NCBI GenBank assembly: GCA_037189525.1
Contig: JBBCJC010000005.1
Location: 480,001 to 544,000 of the forward strand
DNA length: 64,000 bases
Source of the DNA: Gemmatimonadales bacterium
GTDB taxonomy: Bacteria; Gemmatimonadota; Gemmatimonadetes; Gemmatimonadales; GWC2-71-9
Direction of reading: 5' to 3'
Part shown: positions 27,138 through 36,917 of the stretch, piece by piece
How the letters are laid out: every line of letters starts with the position of its first letter
How positions within the stretch are numbered: position 1 is the first letter of the stretch
Program-made: the position numbers and the translations under genes
The notes under the pieces: generated by a model
What the model was told of the DNA's origin: nothing
Database searches by the model: none
What the model saw: the letters and a program-made list of their open reading frames with translations, nothing else

Positions 27138-29200
27138 CAGAACCACCTCCCGATCCGGAGATAGAGCGCATCGCGGCGCGACGTCGTGAACCCGTACCCC
27201 ACCTCGATCGGGCCGGCCGGCGTCTCGGCGCCGAGACCGATCCGCGCTCCGGACAACCAGTCTCGAGCCTGGGGACCGGATGACCAGGCTCGGCCCGTCG
27301 CCAGCTGGAGGCGGACCTCGAGCGGACGCACCACGGCCATGCCGAGATTGAGCGCGCCCATCAGTTCCCGGGTTCCTCGCCGCTCACCGTGATGGATCCC
27401 CGGAAACCCGTCGTTGCCACCGAGCGGGAACGTGAGTTGCACCGGAAGGTCCGATGACCCCAGGCCCGCTCGCACGACCGGCGCCACCCGCCACCGGCGT
27501 CGCACGACCGGCCAGGACACCGTGGCGCGCGCCCGCTGAAAAGCCTCCGTAACCAGGGCATCTCCCGTCACCTCCAAGCCCTCCTGCCCGGTGCGAGACA
27601 GGCGCGCGGACCCGCCGAGTGTCGCGTTGCCGCGCGTGGCCTCGGATCCCCACGTCATCACATCACCCCCGACCGCTGCTCGCCAGCCGGGCGCAAAGCG
27701 GACTTCCACTCCCGCCGTGACACGCGCATGGGTGGTCACCAGATGCGGCAGCTCGGTCCCATCCTCCGTAAAATCGCGGATATCGTCCGATCGAACCCGG
27801 ATCGTCATATGCGGAGCGACCGAAGACCACCCTCCCCTGGTATGCCAGAGGACCGATCCGAACAATTCCTGCTGATACTTACCAAGCGATGCCAACACGC
27901 TTCCCTCGAGCGTGGTTCCCGCCAATCGCCGATCGAACAGGCCGAGCCAGATCTTGCCGCCCCATTCGTGATCGTACGCGAGTCCGCCGCCCCCGACGGT
28001 ACGCGGTACCGGCATCGGCTCGAGCCGGAGATAGACGCTGTCGCCGTGTCCAACCGGGTTGAGCCAGGCACCCCGGAATGATTCGATCTCCGCCAGGCTC
28101 AGCAACCCGGCGCGCAGGTGATTCACGTCGAGGCGTCGGGGTGCCACCAGTGGCAGCATTCGCCGGAGCAGCGTCCCGTCGCTGGCAATTCCGCTCGTCA
28201 CGCTCCATCCGCTCAGCACCGACGGTACCGCCGCCTCCGGAGTTTGCTCGGAACGGGTCAGGCATTGAGCGCGCAGCATGGTGGTGTCCGCCGCGCGGCG
28301 GCCGTGCCTCAGAATCTCGGCGATGGTCTCGGGTGAAAAATCCAACGAGCGATAGTCCTGCACCGCCGGTCGTACATAGATATCGTTCGGACCAAGCGGA
28401 GTCTCAGCCTGATTGAAGAGAAATCCGATCAGCTGTTCCGCCAGCCCGAAGGGCGACTCGGGATCGAGATCGGTGGAGAGGCGCGCCGTCACATCCACCA
28501 CGATGACGCGATCCGCGCCGGCTTTCCGCGCTTCGGCAATCGGGATGTTCGCCGAGAGTCCGCCGTCGACGAGGACGGCGCCGTTCATCACGACCGGGGG
28601 GAAGACGAGTGGTACCGCACTGCTCGCGCGCACGGCCCGGGCCAGATCGCCGTCTCGGATCACCACGGTTTCGCGGGTGCGCAGATCGGTCGCGACGGCT
28701 CGGAAAGGAATCGGGAGCCGATCGAAGTCGCCCCGGGCAATCAGATTGCCGCGCAGCAGCGCCGCATTGAGCCGGGCATTGGGCCGGCTCTCGTCGACCA
28801 CACCCGTCTGGAACTCGAATCCGTTGCGCCCGCGTACCATGAACACGAGCGGCAAGCGATCGTCCCAGGCGTCAGGCGCGGTAACCCGGAATGGACGGAC
28901 GATATCGGCGAGCGGCAGGGTTCGCGTGAGAGAGTCGATCTGGCGGGCGGAGTACCCGCTGGCATACATGCCGCCGACGATGGCGCCGATACTCGTGCCG
29001 ACGATCAGATCGGGACGAAAACCGATCCGATCGAGCGCTTCGAGCATCCCGATATGCGCAATCCCTTTGACCCCGCCGCCACTCAACACCAGCGCGGTCC
29101 GCATCGGCCGGCAGGCTGCTTCCTGCGCGCCGAGACTCCAGGGCCAGGCCAGCGCCACCACACACACGAGCCATCGGATCAACATCAGAGGAGAACGCAC
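27137..29200 (-). CDS. Patatin-like phospholipase with C-terminal beta-barrel (PlpD-like)
   Basis: LSGGGVKG, GTSIG, DGG; beta-strand-rich C-terminus ending in WF. Confidence 0.88.
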   Translation of the reverse strand: MRSPLMLIRWLVCVVALAWPWSLGAQEAACRPMRTALVLSGGGVKGIAHIGMLEALDRIGFRPDLIVGTSIGAIVGGMYASGYSARQIDSLTRTLPLADIVRPFRVTAPDAWDDRLPLVFMVRGRNGFEFQTGVVDESRPNARLNAALLRGNLIARGDFDRLPIPFRAVATDLRTRETVVIRDGDLARAVRASSAVPLVFPPVVMNGAVLVDGGLSANIPIAEARKAGADRVIVVDVTARLSTDLDPESPFGLAEQLIGFLFNQAETPLGPNDIYVRPAVQDYRSLDFSPETIAEILRHGRRAADTTMLRAQCLTRSEQTPEAAVPSVLSGWSVTSGIASDGTLLRRMLPLVAPRRLDVNHLRAGLLSLAEIESFRGAWLNPVGHGDSVYLRLEPMPVPRTVGGGGLAYDHEWGGKIWLGLFDRRLAGTTLEGSVLASLGKYQQELFGSVLWHTRGGWSSVAPHMTIRVRSDDIRDFTEDGTELPHLVTTHARVTAGVEVRFAPGWRAAVGGDVMTWGSEATRGNATLGGSARLSRTGQEGLEVTGDALVTEAFQRARATVSWPVVRRRWRVAPVVRAGLGSSDLPVQLTFPLGGNDGFPGIHHGERRGTRELMGALNLGMAVVRPLEVRLQLATGRAWSSGPQARDWLSGARIGLGAETPAGPIEVGYGFTTSRRDALYLRIGRWF

Positions 29201-30615
29201 TACGATTCCAGATTGTAGACCTGACGATTGTTCTGGTAGAGAATCATCCGCGCCGCGTCCAGCGCCTCCGACTCATCCAGAATGCCTTCTCGAACGTACA
29301 CGGCCAAGGCGCCAGCCAGGTATCGTTTACCCCAGCGCGCAGCAAGCCAGTACAGCTCGGGAACGTGGTACGCATCACTGCCAAAGAGGATCTTCGACAA
29401 CGGCACCGCTTCCATGATCTGGAGGAATCGAAGCATGATTCCCTGGTGCGCAAAGGGAGTCATGATCGACGTTTCGAAGTAGACGTTGGTGTACAGGTGG
29501 CTGAGCCACGCGGCCTCGCCCACGAGCGGATACCCCGCGTGGATCGGGATGATCTTGGGCATCCGCATCACGCCGTCCTTGTCGAATCGGGCGACTTCCT
29601 CCAGGTAATATGGATGCTGGTTTCGAAGGATGACGTACGGCGCTTCACCATCGCCGGCGTGGAACTGCATCGGCATGTCCCGCGTCAGGCACTCCTCCAG
29701 CGCAAGGGTCAGGAGCCGCTCGCGCAATACTTGCCCGCGCCGGGCCCGATCTCCCCGCGCTTCGCCTCGATCGGTTCGGGTCCGCCGATACTCGGTCCAT
29801 GATTGGGCCGCCACCCCGTCATCGTATTGTGGCGTGATCAATCCGACATCAGGCAGCAAATAGGATTTCATCCCGTAGGAACGCGCCCCGTAGTTACCGG
29901 TGCCGTCGAGCGCCTCACGAACGCGCGCCACGAAGCGGTCGCGCAGGTCGGGATACGGGATGTCCTCATCCATCAGATCATCGGCGAGGGCCTCGACCCG
30001 GGCGATGTGGCGCGTACGGCTCGGTTGGATTGCGGACGCAAATCGCTGGATCCCCGCCTGGTCGAGCGAATCGGTGAAGCCGGTATCGAGCATCACGTTT
30101 TCGATTCGGGCATCGCGGAACAAGGCATTGATGTAGCCGAAGTAGTCGCGGCCCTTGGCATTCCGCGCTTCGATCACGGCAGGAAGGGTTGGTGCGCAAC
30201 CGAGGAATGCGGCCATCTCCTTCACCATGAACTTGGCGAAGATGCTCGTCTCGAACTGCCGATTGATCGAACGCAGGGTATCGGCAATTCGATATTGCGC
30301 GTCCAATCGTGCCCGGGTCGCCGCGTCTCCCTGCTGCCACTCCCGAAACGCCCCCCGAGGGAAATAGAACGGCGCCGGAAACGCGGCCAGCGAGATCCGC
30401 TCCAGAAACCGATCCGCTGTCGTCTCCGCGTCGGCGTCCGAGATCGGATGCGCGTGGCCGTCATCCACCGGCATCTGCGCAATGGCCTCCCGAAGCCGCT
30501 CGCCGACGGCATCGACCCTGCCGTCATCGGCACAGGAGGACACCATCATCGCTCCACTTCCCAGGAGCCCGCCGGCCAGCCCCGCGGCGCCGAGAAATCC
30601 TCGTCGTGTCGTCAT
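29200..30615 (-). CDS. Tat-exported amidohydrolase family protein
   Basis: MTTRRGFLG twin-arginine signal, DGHAH, MQFHAG, IHAGYP, KILFGSDAY. Confidence 0.85.
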   Translation of the reverse strand: MTTRRGFLGAAGLAGGLLGSGAMMVSSCADDGRVDAVGERLREAIAQMPVDDGHAHPISDADAETTADRFLERISLAAFPAPFYFPRGAFREWQQGDAATRARLDAQYRIADTLRSINRQFETSIFAKFMVKEMAAFLGCAPTLPAVIEARNAKGRDYFGYINALFRDARIENVMLDTGFTDSLDQAGIQRFASAIQPSRTRHIARVEALADDLMDEDIPYPDLRDRFVARVREALDGTGNYGARSYGMKSYLLPDVGLITPQYDDGVAAQSWTEYRRTRTDRGEARGDRARRGQVLRERLLTLALEECLTRDMPMQFHAGDGEAPYVILRNQHPYYLEEVARFDKDGVMRMPKIIPIHAGYPLVGEAAWLSHLYTNVYFETSIMTPFAHQGIMLRFLQIMEAVPLSKILFGSDAYHVPELYWLAARWGKRYLAGALAVYVREGILDESEALDAARMILYQNNRQVYNLES

Positions 30616-31355
30616 ATCCCCGCGTACCAGGAGTATCCGTACTTCACTACCATGGCTCCCGTCCCGTCTTCGATCTGGTCGATCCGGTCGGTAACCTGAA
30701 TCGATTTGACGAACTTGAGGCTCTTGTAGCCCAGCTGGCGCTCTACCCGAAGCCGGATCGGCGCACCGTGCTTGACCGGGACGTCGCCGCCGTTCATCCC
30801 GTACGCCAGGACGGTCTGGGGATGCAGCGCGTCGAACATGTCGAGACTGTCCCACCAGCCGTCGACACAATGGAAAACCACATAGCGCGCCTCCGGCCGG
30901 ATGGCGGCCGCCTCCAGCACGTGATGCAGCGACACCCCCGTCCACTCCGCGATCGCCGACCAACCCTGCTCACAGTTGTGCTGCGTCACCTGGGTGCGCG
31001 CCGGCATACTCCGGAGCATTTCCAACGACAGCGCCAGCGGTTTGCCCACCAATCCGGTCACCGGGAGACGCCACTCCGCGAACCCGCCCGCCCGGAGACG
31101 CTGGTACTCCTCATCCTCGGGATCGACGGTATTGATGGCCGGAAAATTCGCGGAGATCATGCCGCGATCGAACTCGCGCGCAAACGGCTGCTTCCTGAGC
31201 AGAACCCGATGCGAAGCGAAGGTCAGCGCTTCGCCAATGCCCAGCAGGCTACCGTACGTCGGCGGCAGGAAACCCTGGCATCCGGTCAGCGCCGCGCTGC
31301 CGGCCACCGCGGCCATCGCCGCCAGCAACTGGCGCCGAGTCAACGGCTCTGACAT
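30612..31355 (-). CDS. Molybdopterin-dependent oxidoreductase (sulfite oxidase / MsrP-like)
   Basis: TRRQLL Tat signal, HNCEQGWS (Mo-ligand Cys), HGAPIRLRVERQLGYKSLK. Confidence 0.9.
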   Translation of the reverse strand: MSEPLTRRQLLAAMAAVAGSAALTGCQGFLPPTYGSLLGIGEALTFASHRVLLRKQPFAREFDRGMISANFPAINTVDPEDEEYQRLRAGGFAEWRLPVTGLVGKPLALSLEMLRSMPARTQVTQHNCEQGWSAIAEWTGVSLHHVLEAAAIRPEARYVVFHCVDGWWDSLDMFDALHPQTVLAYGMNGGDVPVKHGAPIRLRVERQLGYKSLKFVKSIQVTDRIDQIEDGTGAMVVKYGYSWYAGI

Positions 31356-32092
31356 CAGACCTCCTCGTCGGCGGATCGAACCCCGACCGTCATGGCCCGC
31401 ACCTGACGCCGAAATCCGGAAAGCGTCACCATCAGCAGATGCACTGCCAGGAACAGGACCAGACCGGCCGACGTCAGGAAATGCACCGTGCGCGCCGACT
31501 GTCGCCCGCCGAACAACGTGAACAGCTCGGGATAGGCCGCCGTCACCGCCGGCGACATGGTGAGGCCGGACAGGATCATCACCGGCGTCAGGATGAAGAT
31601 GACGAACAGATAGGCCGTCTTCTGCAGCAAAGAGTATCGCGGACCGGCGCCACCGCGTGGAATCCGTAGCGTCAGATGATTGCGGATCTCCGCCACCAGG
31701 CTCGGTTTGGCAAACTCCTCGCGGCGCGGCAGCAGATGACGGCGGAAATGGCGACCGACGAGGCCGGACACCAGGTAGATCACACCATTGATGACGAAGA
31801 CCCAGGCCGCGAGGAAATGCAGGCTGCGTCCCCACCCCGTATGCGACAGGTTGGTCTCGATCGGAAATTCGAAGAGCGCGGGCAGCCCGAAATAGCCGTC
31901 CTCGCCCCAATACAGGCGTGGATGGGCAATCAGAATGGCAATACCACTGACGACCAGCGCCACGAAGCTGACGCTGTTGAGCGTGTGGGTGATCCGCACC
32001 AGACGGGAGTGCCCCCGCTCCGTCGGGATCGATGCTGCCCTGTCGTCAGGTTGTGACCCGGTCGCCTCGAGCGCTGAGGAAGGCATTGTCAA
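31355..32092 (-). CDS. Cytochrome b/b6 domain membrane subunit
   Basis: VRITHTLN, GRSLHFLAAW, RYSLLQK, ARTVHF, AVHLLMV: four His heme ligands. Confidence 0.88.
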   Translation of the reverse strand: MTMPSSALEATGSQPDDRAASIPTERGHSRLVRITHTLNSVSFVALVVSGIAILIAHPRLYWGEDGYFGLPALFEFPIETNLSHTGWGRSLHFLAAWVFVINGVIYLVSGLVGRHFRRHLLPRREEFAKPSLVAEIRNHLTLRIPRGGAGPRYSLLQKTAYLFVIFILTPVMILSGLTMSPAVTAAYPELFTLFGGRQSARTVHFLTSAGLVLFLAVHLLMVTLSGFRRQVRAMTVGVRSADEEV

Positions 32093-32143
32093 TGATGCCC
32101 TCCCCCTCCCGTTGCGGCAAGCTGGAACCGGAGCGCCTCCGGG

Positions 32144-32677
32144 TCAGGGCGCCGATTCGATCCGGACCCGGACGCCGTCCGATCGATGCTCGATCAGCAC
32201 GACCCGCCGGCGGGTAGGCTCGAGGATACGCGCCAGGGGCTCGGGAAAGAACGGCACCAGGATATCGAACGGTCCGGGATCGACTTCGATCCGCTCCAGC
32301 ACGCGGAGCATCGGCTCGGGCGGCGGCAGCAATCGCAGATCCATGACCTGATCCGCAACCTCGCACACGATCTCCTGCTCCGCCATGACACGGGGCGCAA
32401 CCACCGCCGTCCCTTCTCTCCAGAACCAGGTCGACCAGTCGTCGTCACTGAAGCCTTCGGTGTGCCAGCAGAACCCTTCCCGCGCCAGCCGGTCCAGCAG
32501 GCGTTCCGGACGGAACGGCGAGCGCAAATGCAGCACCTGGTTCGGCGCCAGAGCAGACGCCGCCTGGAGAACGCGGGGCAGCGGCGGGCTGCCCTGCGCA
32601 ATGTCGCCCCGAACGTCCAGATCGACGATGGACTCGGGATCGAACTCGGGTAACGGGTCTCCGGATTCGTTCATCAT
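32144..32677 (-). CDS. DUF2249 domain protein (two repeats)
   Basis: LDVRGDIAQGSPPLPRVL, SPFRPERL, MDLRLLPPPEPMLRVL. Confidence 0.75.
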   Translation of the reverse strand: MMNESGDPLPEFDPESIVDLDVRGDIAQGSPPLPRVLQAASALAPNQVLHLRSPFRPERLLDRLAREGFCWHTEGFSDDDWSTWFWREGTAVVAPRVMAEQEIVCEVADQVMDLRLLPPPEPMLRVLERIEVDPGPFDILVPFFPEPLARILEPTRRRVVLIEHRSDGVRVRIESAP

Positions 32678-32711
32678 GCGGCCAACCTACCGCACGCGGC
32701 GGCGGCCGACC

Positions 32712-32727
32712 TGTGACGGATGTCTCA
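32712..32727. promoter_or_regulatory. Crp/Fnr-type box upstream of the DUF2249 gene
   Basis: TGTGAC-GGAT-GTCTCA, one mismatch to TGTGAC-N4-GTCACA. Confidence 0.55.
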
Positions 32728-33423
32728 CGAGGCTTCACCCCGGGCCCAGTCCCGCAGCTGGCCCACCGGCGACAGGCGCCAGACGGTTCCGGACAGGCCC
32801 CGAACCAGGCCGAGCTTTTTGAGCTGCTTGATGGCGCGCGAGACCGACTCCCGCGCAGTGCCGATCTCGGTCGCCAGCTCTTCCTGCGTCCGCGGCAAAT
32901 CGAGGACGACGTCGGCTCCTTCCAGACGCCCGTCTCGGCTGGCATAGTCGGCCAGATGCATCGCGAGCCGGGCCGCCACGTCCCGAAACGCAATCGTCTC
33001 GACCAACTGCACCAGGTGCCGAAGCCGGCGCCCCAGCGCGGCGACGACCGCGCTGGCCACATCGGGGTCGTGCCGAAAGGCATACTCGAATTCCGCGCGC
33101 GGGAGGTAGGCGAGCCGCGACGGCACCACCGTCATGGCGCTGGCCGGATAGGGCCCGCCATCGAACAGCGGCAGTTCCGCCACCGGTCGCCCGGGGCCTT
33201 CGACCGTGAGGGTCTGTTCTCTTCCGTCATGCGCGGTCCGATAGACCCGAACCTGGCCCGCGAGCACGATATAGACGCCGCCGCACGGATCGCCCGCGCG
33301 GAAGAGCGCAAAGCCGGCGCCGACTGCCCGCGGCACGCAGCGCGCCGCCAGGCGTTCGAGGGCAGCATCGGACAGCCCGGAAAGAAAGGGCACCTCACGC
33401 AGGGCCTCGATCAGTGTCGTCAT
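32725..33423 (-). CDS. Crp/Fnr family transcriptional regulator (no FNR Cys cluster)
   Basis: cNMP-binding fold (LFRAGD, AELPLFDGGPYPASA), HTH TQEELATEIGTARESVSR. Confidence 0.93.
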   Translation of the reverse strand: MTTLIEALREVPFLSGLSDAALERLAARCVPRAVGAGFALFRAGDPCGGVYIVLAGQVRVYRTAHDGREQTLTVEGPGRPVAELPLFDGGPYPASAMTVVPSRLAYLPRAEFEYAFRHDPDVASAVVAALGRRLRHLVQLVETIAFRDVAARLAMHLADYASRDGRLEGADVVLDLPRTQEELATEIGTARESVSRAIKQLKKLGLVRGLSGTVWRLSPVGQLRDWARGEAS

Positions 33424-33451
33424 GGCCGAAAACAAACTCCGCCGGATTCGA

Positions 33452-33467
33452 TGTGACAAGCGTCACA
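33452..33467. promoter_or_regulatory. Perfect Crp-type box between the regulator and the cupin operon
   Basis: TGTGAC-AAGC-GTCACA palindrome. Confidence 0.8.
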
Positions 33468-33522
33468 TGGCTCTGGCATTCGACGGGCACATTGTTCGAT
33501 CACCCCTTCCCGAGGATGACCA

Positions 33523-33861
33523 ATGTCGAACCCGATCGATCTCCAGTCTCAGGACGCGGCGGCCACGCCGTCAAACGGCCGCCCCGCTGTCCTCGATCTC
33601 GTCACTACGCCCGAAGGCCGCACCTTCCGGCTGGTTTTTCAAGCAGGCCAATCGCTCCCGTTTCACCACAACCCCGAACGGATCGTGATTACCGCCGAAA
33701 CCGGCGCCGGCACACTGTACGTGGGCGAGTCCGACTCTCGCCAACTGGCCGCGGGTGTCGTCGTCCAACTCGAACCGGGCACGCCTCACGCGGTCGACGC
33801 CGGTGAGGAGGGCCTCGAACTCGTCGTCACCATTGCTCCCAACTGCTGCCGGATGTGCTGA
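33523..33861 (+). CDS. Cupin domain protein with C-terminal CCRMC
   Basis: GQSLPFHHNP and LEPGTPHAVDA cupin motifs; GAGGA RBS. Confidence 0.82.
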   Translation: MSNPIDLQSQDAAATPSNGRPAVLDLVTTPEGRTFRLVFQAGQSLPFHHNPERIVITAETGAGTLYVGESDSRQLAAGVVVQLEPGTPHAVDAGEEGLELVVTIAPNCCRMC

Positions 33862-34304
33862 TGGACCCGTACGTGACGCGCTTTCTGCGCAGCTCGCTGA
33901 TCTGGCTGGCCCTGGGCGTGACGCTGGGCGCTGCCATGGCCATCCGCCCGGTCTGGCAGATCTACCGGCCCGTGCATCTCCACATGCTGCTCCTGGGCTT
34001 CGTCTTCATGATGATCGCCGGGGTGGCGTACCATGTCTTTCCCCGCTTTGCGGCCACGCCGCTCCATGCGCCACGGCTGGCGCTGGCGCATGTCTACATC
34101 GCCAACATCGGCCTTGCGCTCCTGGCGACGGGGTTCGCCCTCCGGGCGCGCGCAGCACCGGCGGCACCGGTGTTTCTCGCCATCGGAGGTATCGGATCGG
34201 CCGTGGGCGCCTATGCCTTTGTCTGGAATCTCTGGCGTACCCTGGACCGAGCCGCCCTGCCCTTCAGCCAACTGGCCAGAACTCCGACCCGATCCACCGG
34301 ATAA
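33861..34304 (+). CDS. Four-TM membrane protein with HxH motif (NnrS / heme-copper-oxidase-repeat-like)
   Basis: VHLHMLLLGF...GVAYHVFPRF; TGATG coupling to the cupin. Confidence 0.7.
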   Translation: MDPYVTRFLRSSLIWLALGVTLGAAMAIRPVWQIYRPVHLHMLLLGFVFMMIAGVAYHVFPRFAATPLHAPRLALAHVYIANIGLALLATGFALRARAAPAAPVFLAIGGIGSAVGAYAFVWNLWRTLDRAALPFSQLARTPTRSTG

Positions 34305-34307
34305 TCC

Positions 34308-34766
34308 GTGTCCGAATTATCCCGTCGATTCCTGCTCTCGGCCGCGCTGTTCATGGCCGGGGGCATCGGGATCGGACTCTGGCTCCTGGTGTCCCGGGAA
34401 TTGCTGGGCCGGTGGCCCACCCCGTATCAGATCAGCGTCCACACCCACCTGATCCTGGTCGGGGCGGTGATTCAGACCATTCTGGGCACCGCGCTCTGGC
34501 TCTTCCCGCGCCCTCCGAAAGCGCTCCGCCCCAAGCGAGAGTGGTTCGGTGAAATCGCCTGGTGGGCAATCACGCTCGGCACGATCGTGCGCGCGGCGGC
34601 CGAGTATCACCGGGCGGATGGACCCGGCTGGCTCCGAGGCGCAATCGTGGCCGGCGGCGCGGCCCAGGCGCTGGGTCTGGTGAACGGCCTGCTCGCCCTT
34701 CGGCACCGGATTCGCCCGGCCGCCAGCAGGCCGGCGTCGACGGACTCCTTATCCGATCCGCGCTAG
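34308..34766 (+). CDS. Paralogous four-TM membrane protein with HxH motif
   Basis: VHTHLILVG...GTALWLFPR parallels the preceding gene. Confidence 0.7.
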   Translation: MSELSRRFLLSAALFMAGGIGIGLWLLVSRELLGRWPTPYQISVHTHLILVGAVIQTILGTALWLFPRPPKALRPKREWFGEIAWWAITLGTIVRAAAEYHRADGPGWLRGAIVAGGAAQALGLVNGLLALRHRIRPAASRPASTDSLSDPR

Positions 34767-34795
34767 AGGAAATCGCCCCAATTTCCTGGCGCCCC

Positions 34796-34811
34796 TGTGA
34801 CAATCGTCACG
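34796..34811. promoter_or_regulatory. Crp-type box upstream of nosZ
   Basis: TGTGAC-AATC-GTCACG, about 100 bp before the nosZ ATG. Confidence 0.7.
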
Positions 34812-34907
34812 CACTTTTGCCCCCCTCCATACCCATGTTGTCCCTGTGCCACCGCGGGTGCGGATCGGCACCAGACCGGCCCGCGAGGGCCCATCTATGA
34901 GGCAAGC

Positions 34908-36917
34908 ATGACCCAGCCATCGAGTCTACGCGGCCTGCTCCTGACCACGATCGTGGTCGCCGCGACCGCGTGCGGCACAGGGGCGCCCAACGACCTGGTC
35001 AGCGGTGACGCCGCCCGACGGACCTATGTCGCGCCGGGCGAACACGACGAGTTCTACGCCTTCATGTCCGGGGGATTCAGCGGCCAGGTCACGGTCTATG
35101 GCCTGCCATCCGGACGCCTTCTCAAAACCATTCCGGTGTTCTCCCAGTTTCCCGAGAACGGCTATGGCTACTCGGAAGAGACCAAGCCGCTCCTCGAAAC
35201 GAGCTATGGGACGGTTCCCTGGGATGACACCCACCATCCGGAGCTGTCGCAGACGGACGGCGTCCCGGACGGGCGCTGGCTCTTCATCAACGGGAACAAC
35301 ACCCCGCGGATTGCCCGGATCGACCTGACCACCTTCGAAACCGACGAGATCCTCGAGATCCCGAACTCGGCAGGTGGGCATGCGGCGCCGTTTACGACCG
35401 CCAATTCCGAGTACGTCGTCTCCGCGATCCGGTTCTCGGTACCGGTGCCCAACACCGACGTGCCGATCGAGAGCTACCAGCAGAACTTCAAGGGCTCGCT
35501 CTCGTTCATTCGCGCCGACCAGCCGGGCAAAATGGACATCGCATTCCAGATCCTGATGCCTGGCTACAACTACGACCTCGGTCACGCCGGCCGCGGACCG
35601 TCGGACGGCTGGTTCTTCTTCACCAGCTACAACTCCGAGCAGGCCTACACCAAGCTCGAGCTCAACGCATCGAAGAACGACAAGGACTACATCGCCGCAG
35701 TCAACTGGAAACAGGCGGAGCAGTGCGTCGCTTCCGGCAAGGCGTCGAAGCGCCCGGCCCGCTACTTCCACAACTACATCGACCACAGCACCCGGATTGC
35801 CCAGAGCCACGTCCGGACCTCGGTGACGGTGCTCGAGCCCTCAGCCTGCCCTGGCCTGGTGTACTTCCTCCCGACGCCCAAGTCGCCGCACGGCGTCGAC
35901 GTGGATCCGACCGGCGAGTACATCGTGGGCGGCGGCAAGCTGGCCAGCGTGATCCCGGTGCACTCGGCCACCAAAATGCTGGCAGCCATCAAGGACCAGA
36001 AGTTCGACGGTGAGCTGGACGGAATTCCGGTGCTGCAGTACGACGCCGTGCTGGCCGGCGAAGTCGACAAGCCGGGCCTGGGACCGCTCCACACCGAGTT
36101 CGACGGCAAAGGCTACGCCTACACCTCGATGTTCATCTCGTCCGAAGTCGTCAAATGGAAGCTGGGCACCTGGGAAATCATCGACCGGGCGCCGACCTAC
36201 TACTCGATCGGCCATCTGATGGTGCCGGGCGGCGACTCGAAGCAGCCGTGGGGCAAGTACCTCGTGGCGATGAACAAGATCACCAAAGACCGCTATCTCC
36301 CCACCGGCGGCGAGTTGTCCCATTCGGCGCAGCTCTATGACATCAGCGGCGAGAAGATGCAGTTGCTGCTCGACTTCCCGACCCAGGGCGAACCGCACTA
36401 TGCCCAGGCGCTTCCGGCATCGCTGATCAAGGACAAGCAGGTCAAGTTCTTCTCGCTTGCTGAGAATAAACATCCGCACGTGGTCCGCGCGGAGTCGGAG
36501 ACCGGCATCGAGCGCAGCGGCCGGGTCGTCCGGATCAAGATGGTCGCCATCCGCAGCCACTTTGCACCCGATGTGATCGAAGGCATCGAAGTGGGTGATA
36601 CGGTCTACTGGCACATCACCAACGTCGAGCAGGACTGGGACATCCTCCACGGCTTTGCCGTCCTCGGGATGCAGAACGCGGAAATCATCATGCAGCCGGG
36701 CGAAACCCGCACCCTGATGTGGGTTCCCAGGTCGGCCGGTGTCTTCCCGTTCTACTGCACTGACTTCTGCAGCGCGTTGCACCAGGAGATGTCCGGCTAT
36801 GTGCGGGTCTCGCCTCGGGGTGGCGGCGTTCCCCTCAAGGCCAACGTGTCGGCCAAGGCAGCTACGCAACAGGCGCGCCTGCCCGCCGTGTCGCCGAGCC
36901 GCTCGAGCGGAGAGTGA
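34908..36917 (+). CDS. nosZ: Clade II (Sec-dependent) nitrous oxide reductase
   Basis: CuZ His motifs DTHH, GGH, SPHG, LGPLH, IGH, EPH; CuA ILHGF...CTDFCSALHQEM; lipobox ATAC; no twin-arginine signal. Confidence 0.97.
   Translation: MTQPSSLRGLLLTTIVVAATACGTGAPNDLVSGDAARRTYVAPGEHDEFYAFMSGGFSGQVTVYGLPSGRLLKTIPVFSQFPENGYGYSEETKPLLETSYGTVPWDDTHHPELSQTDGVPDGRWLFINGNNTPRIARIDLTTFETDEILEIPNSAGGHAAPFTTANSEYVVSAIRFSVPVPNTDVPIESYQQNFKGSLSFIRADQPGKMDIAFQILMPGYNYDLGHAGRGPSDGWFFFTSYNSEQAYTKLELNASKNDKDYIAAVNWKQAEQCVASGKASKRPARYFHNYIDHSTRIAQSHVRTSVTVLEPSACPGLVYFLPTPKSPHGVDVDPTGEYIVGGGKLASVIPVHSATKMLAAIKDQKFDGELDGIPVLQYDAVLAGEVDKPGLGPLHTEFDGKGYAYTSMFISSEVVKWKLGTWEIIDRAPTYYSIGHLMVPGGDSKQPWGKYLVAMNKITKDRYLPTGGELSHSAQLYDISGEKMQLLLDFPTQGEPHYAQALPASLIKDKQVKFFSLAENKHPHVVRAESETGIERSGRVVRIKMVAIRSHFAPDVIEGIEVGDTVYWHITNVEQDWDILHGFAVLGMQNAEIIMQPGETRTLMWVPRSAGVFPFYCTDFCSALHQEMSGYVRVSPRGGGVPLKANVSAKAATQQARLPAVSPSRSSGE

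Noticed and set aside
34797..34907. Cys-rich in-frame extension of nosZ (HFCPPPYPCCPC) and a short CHRGC ORF as a fourth Cys leader
   Set aside because: The GTG lies inside the Crp box and promoter region with no RBS. No terminator or antiterminator was seen, and the signal peptide fits the ATG at 34908.
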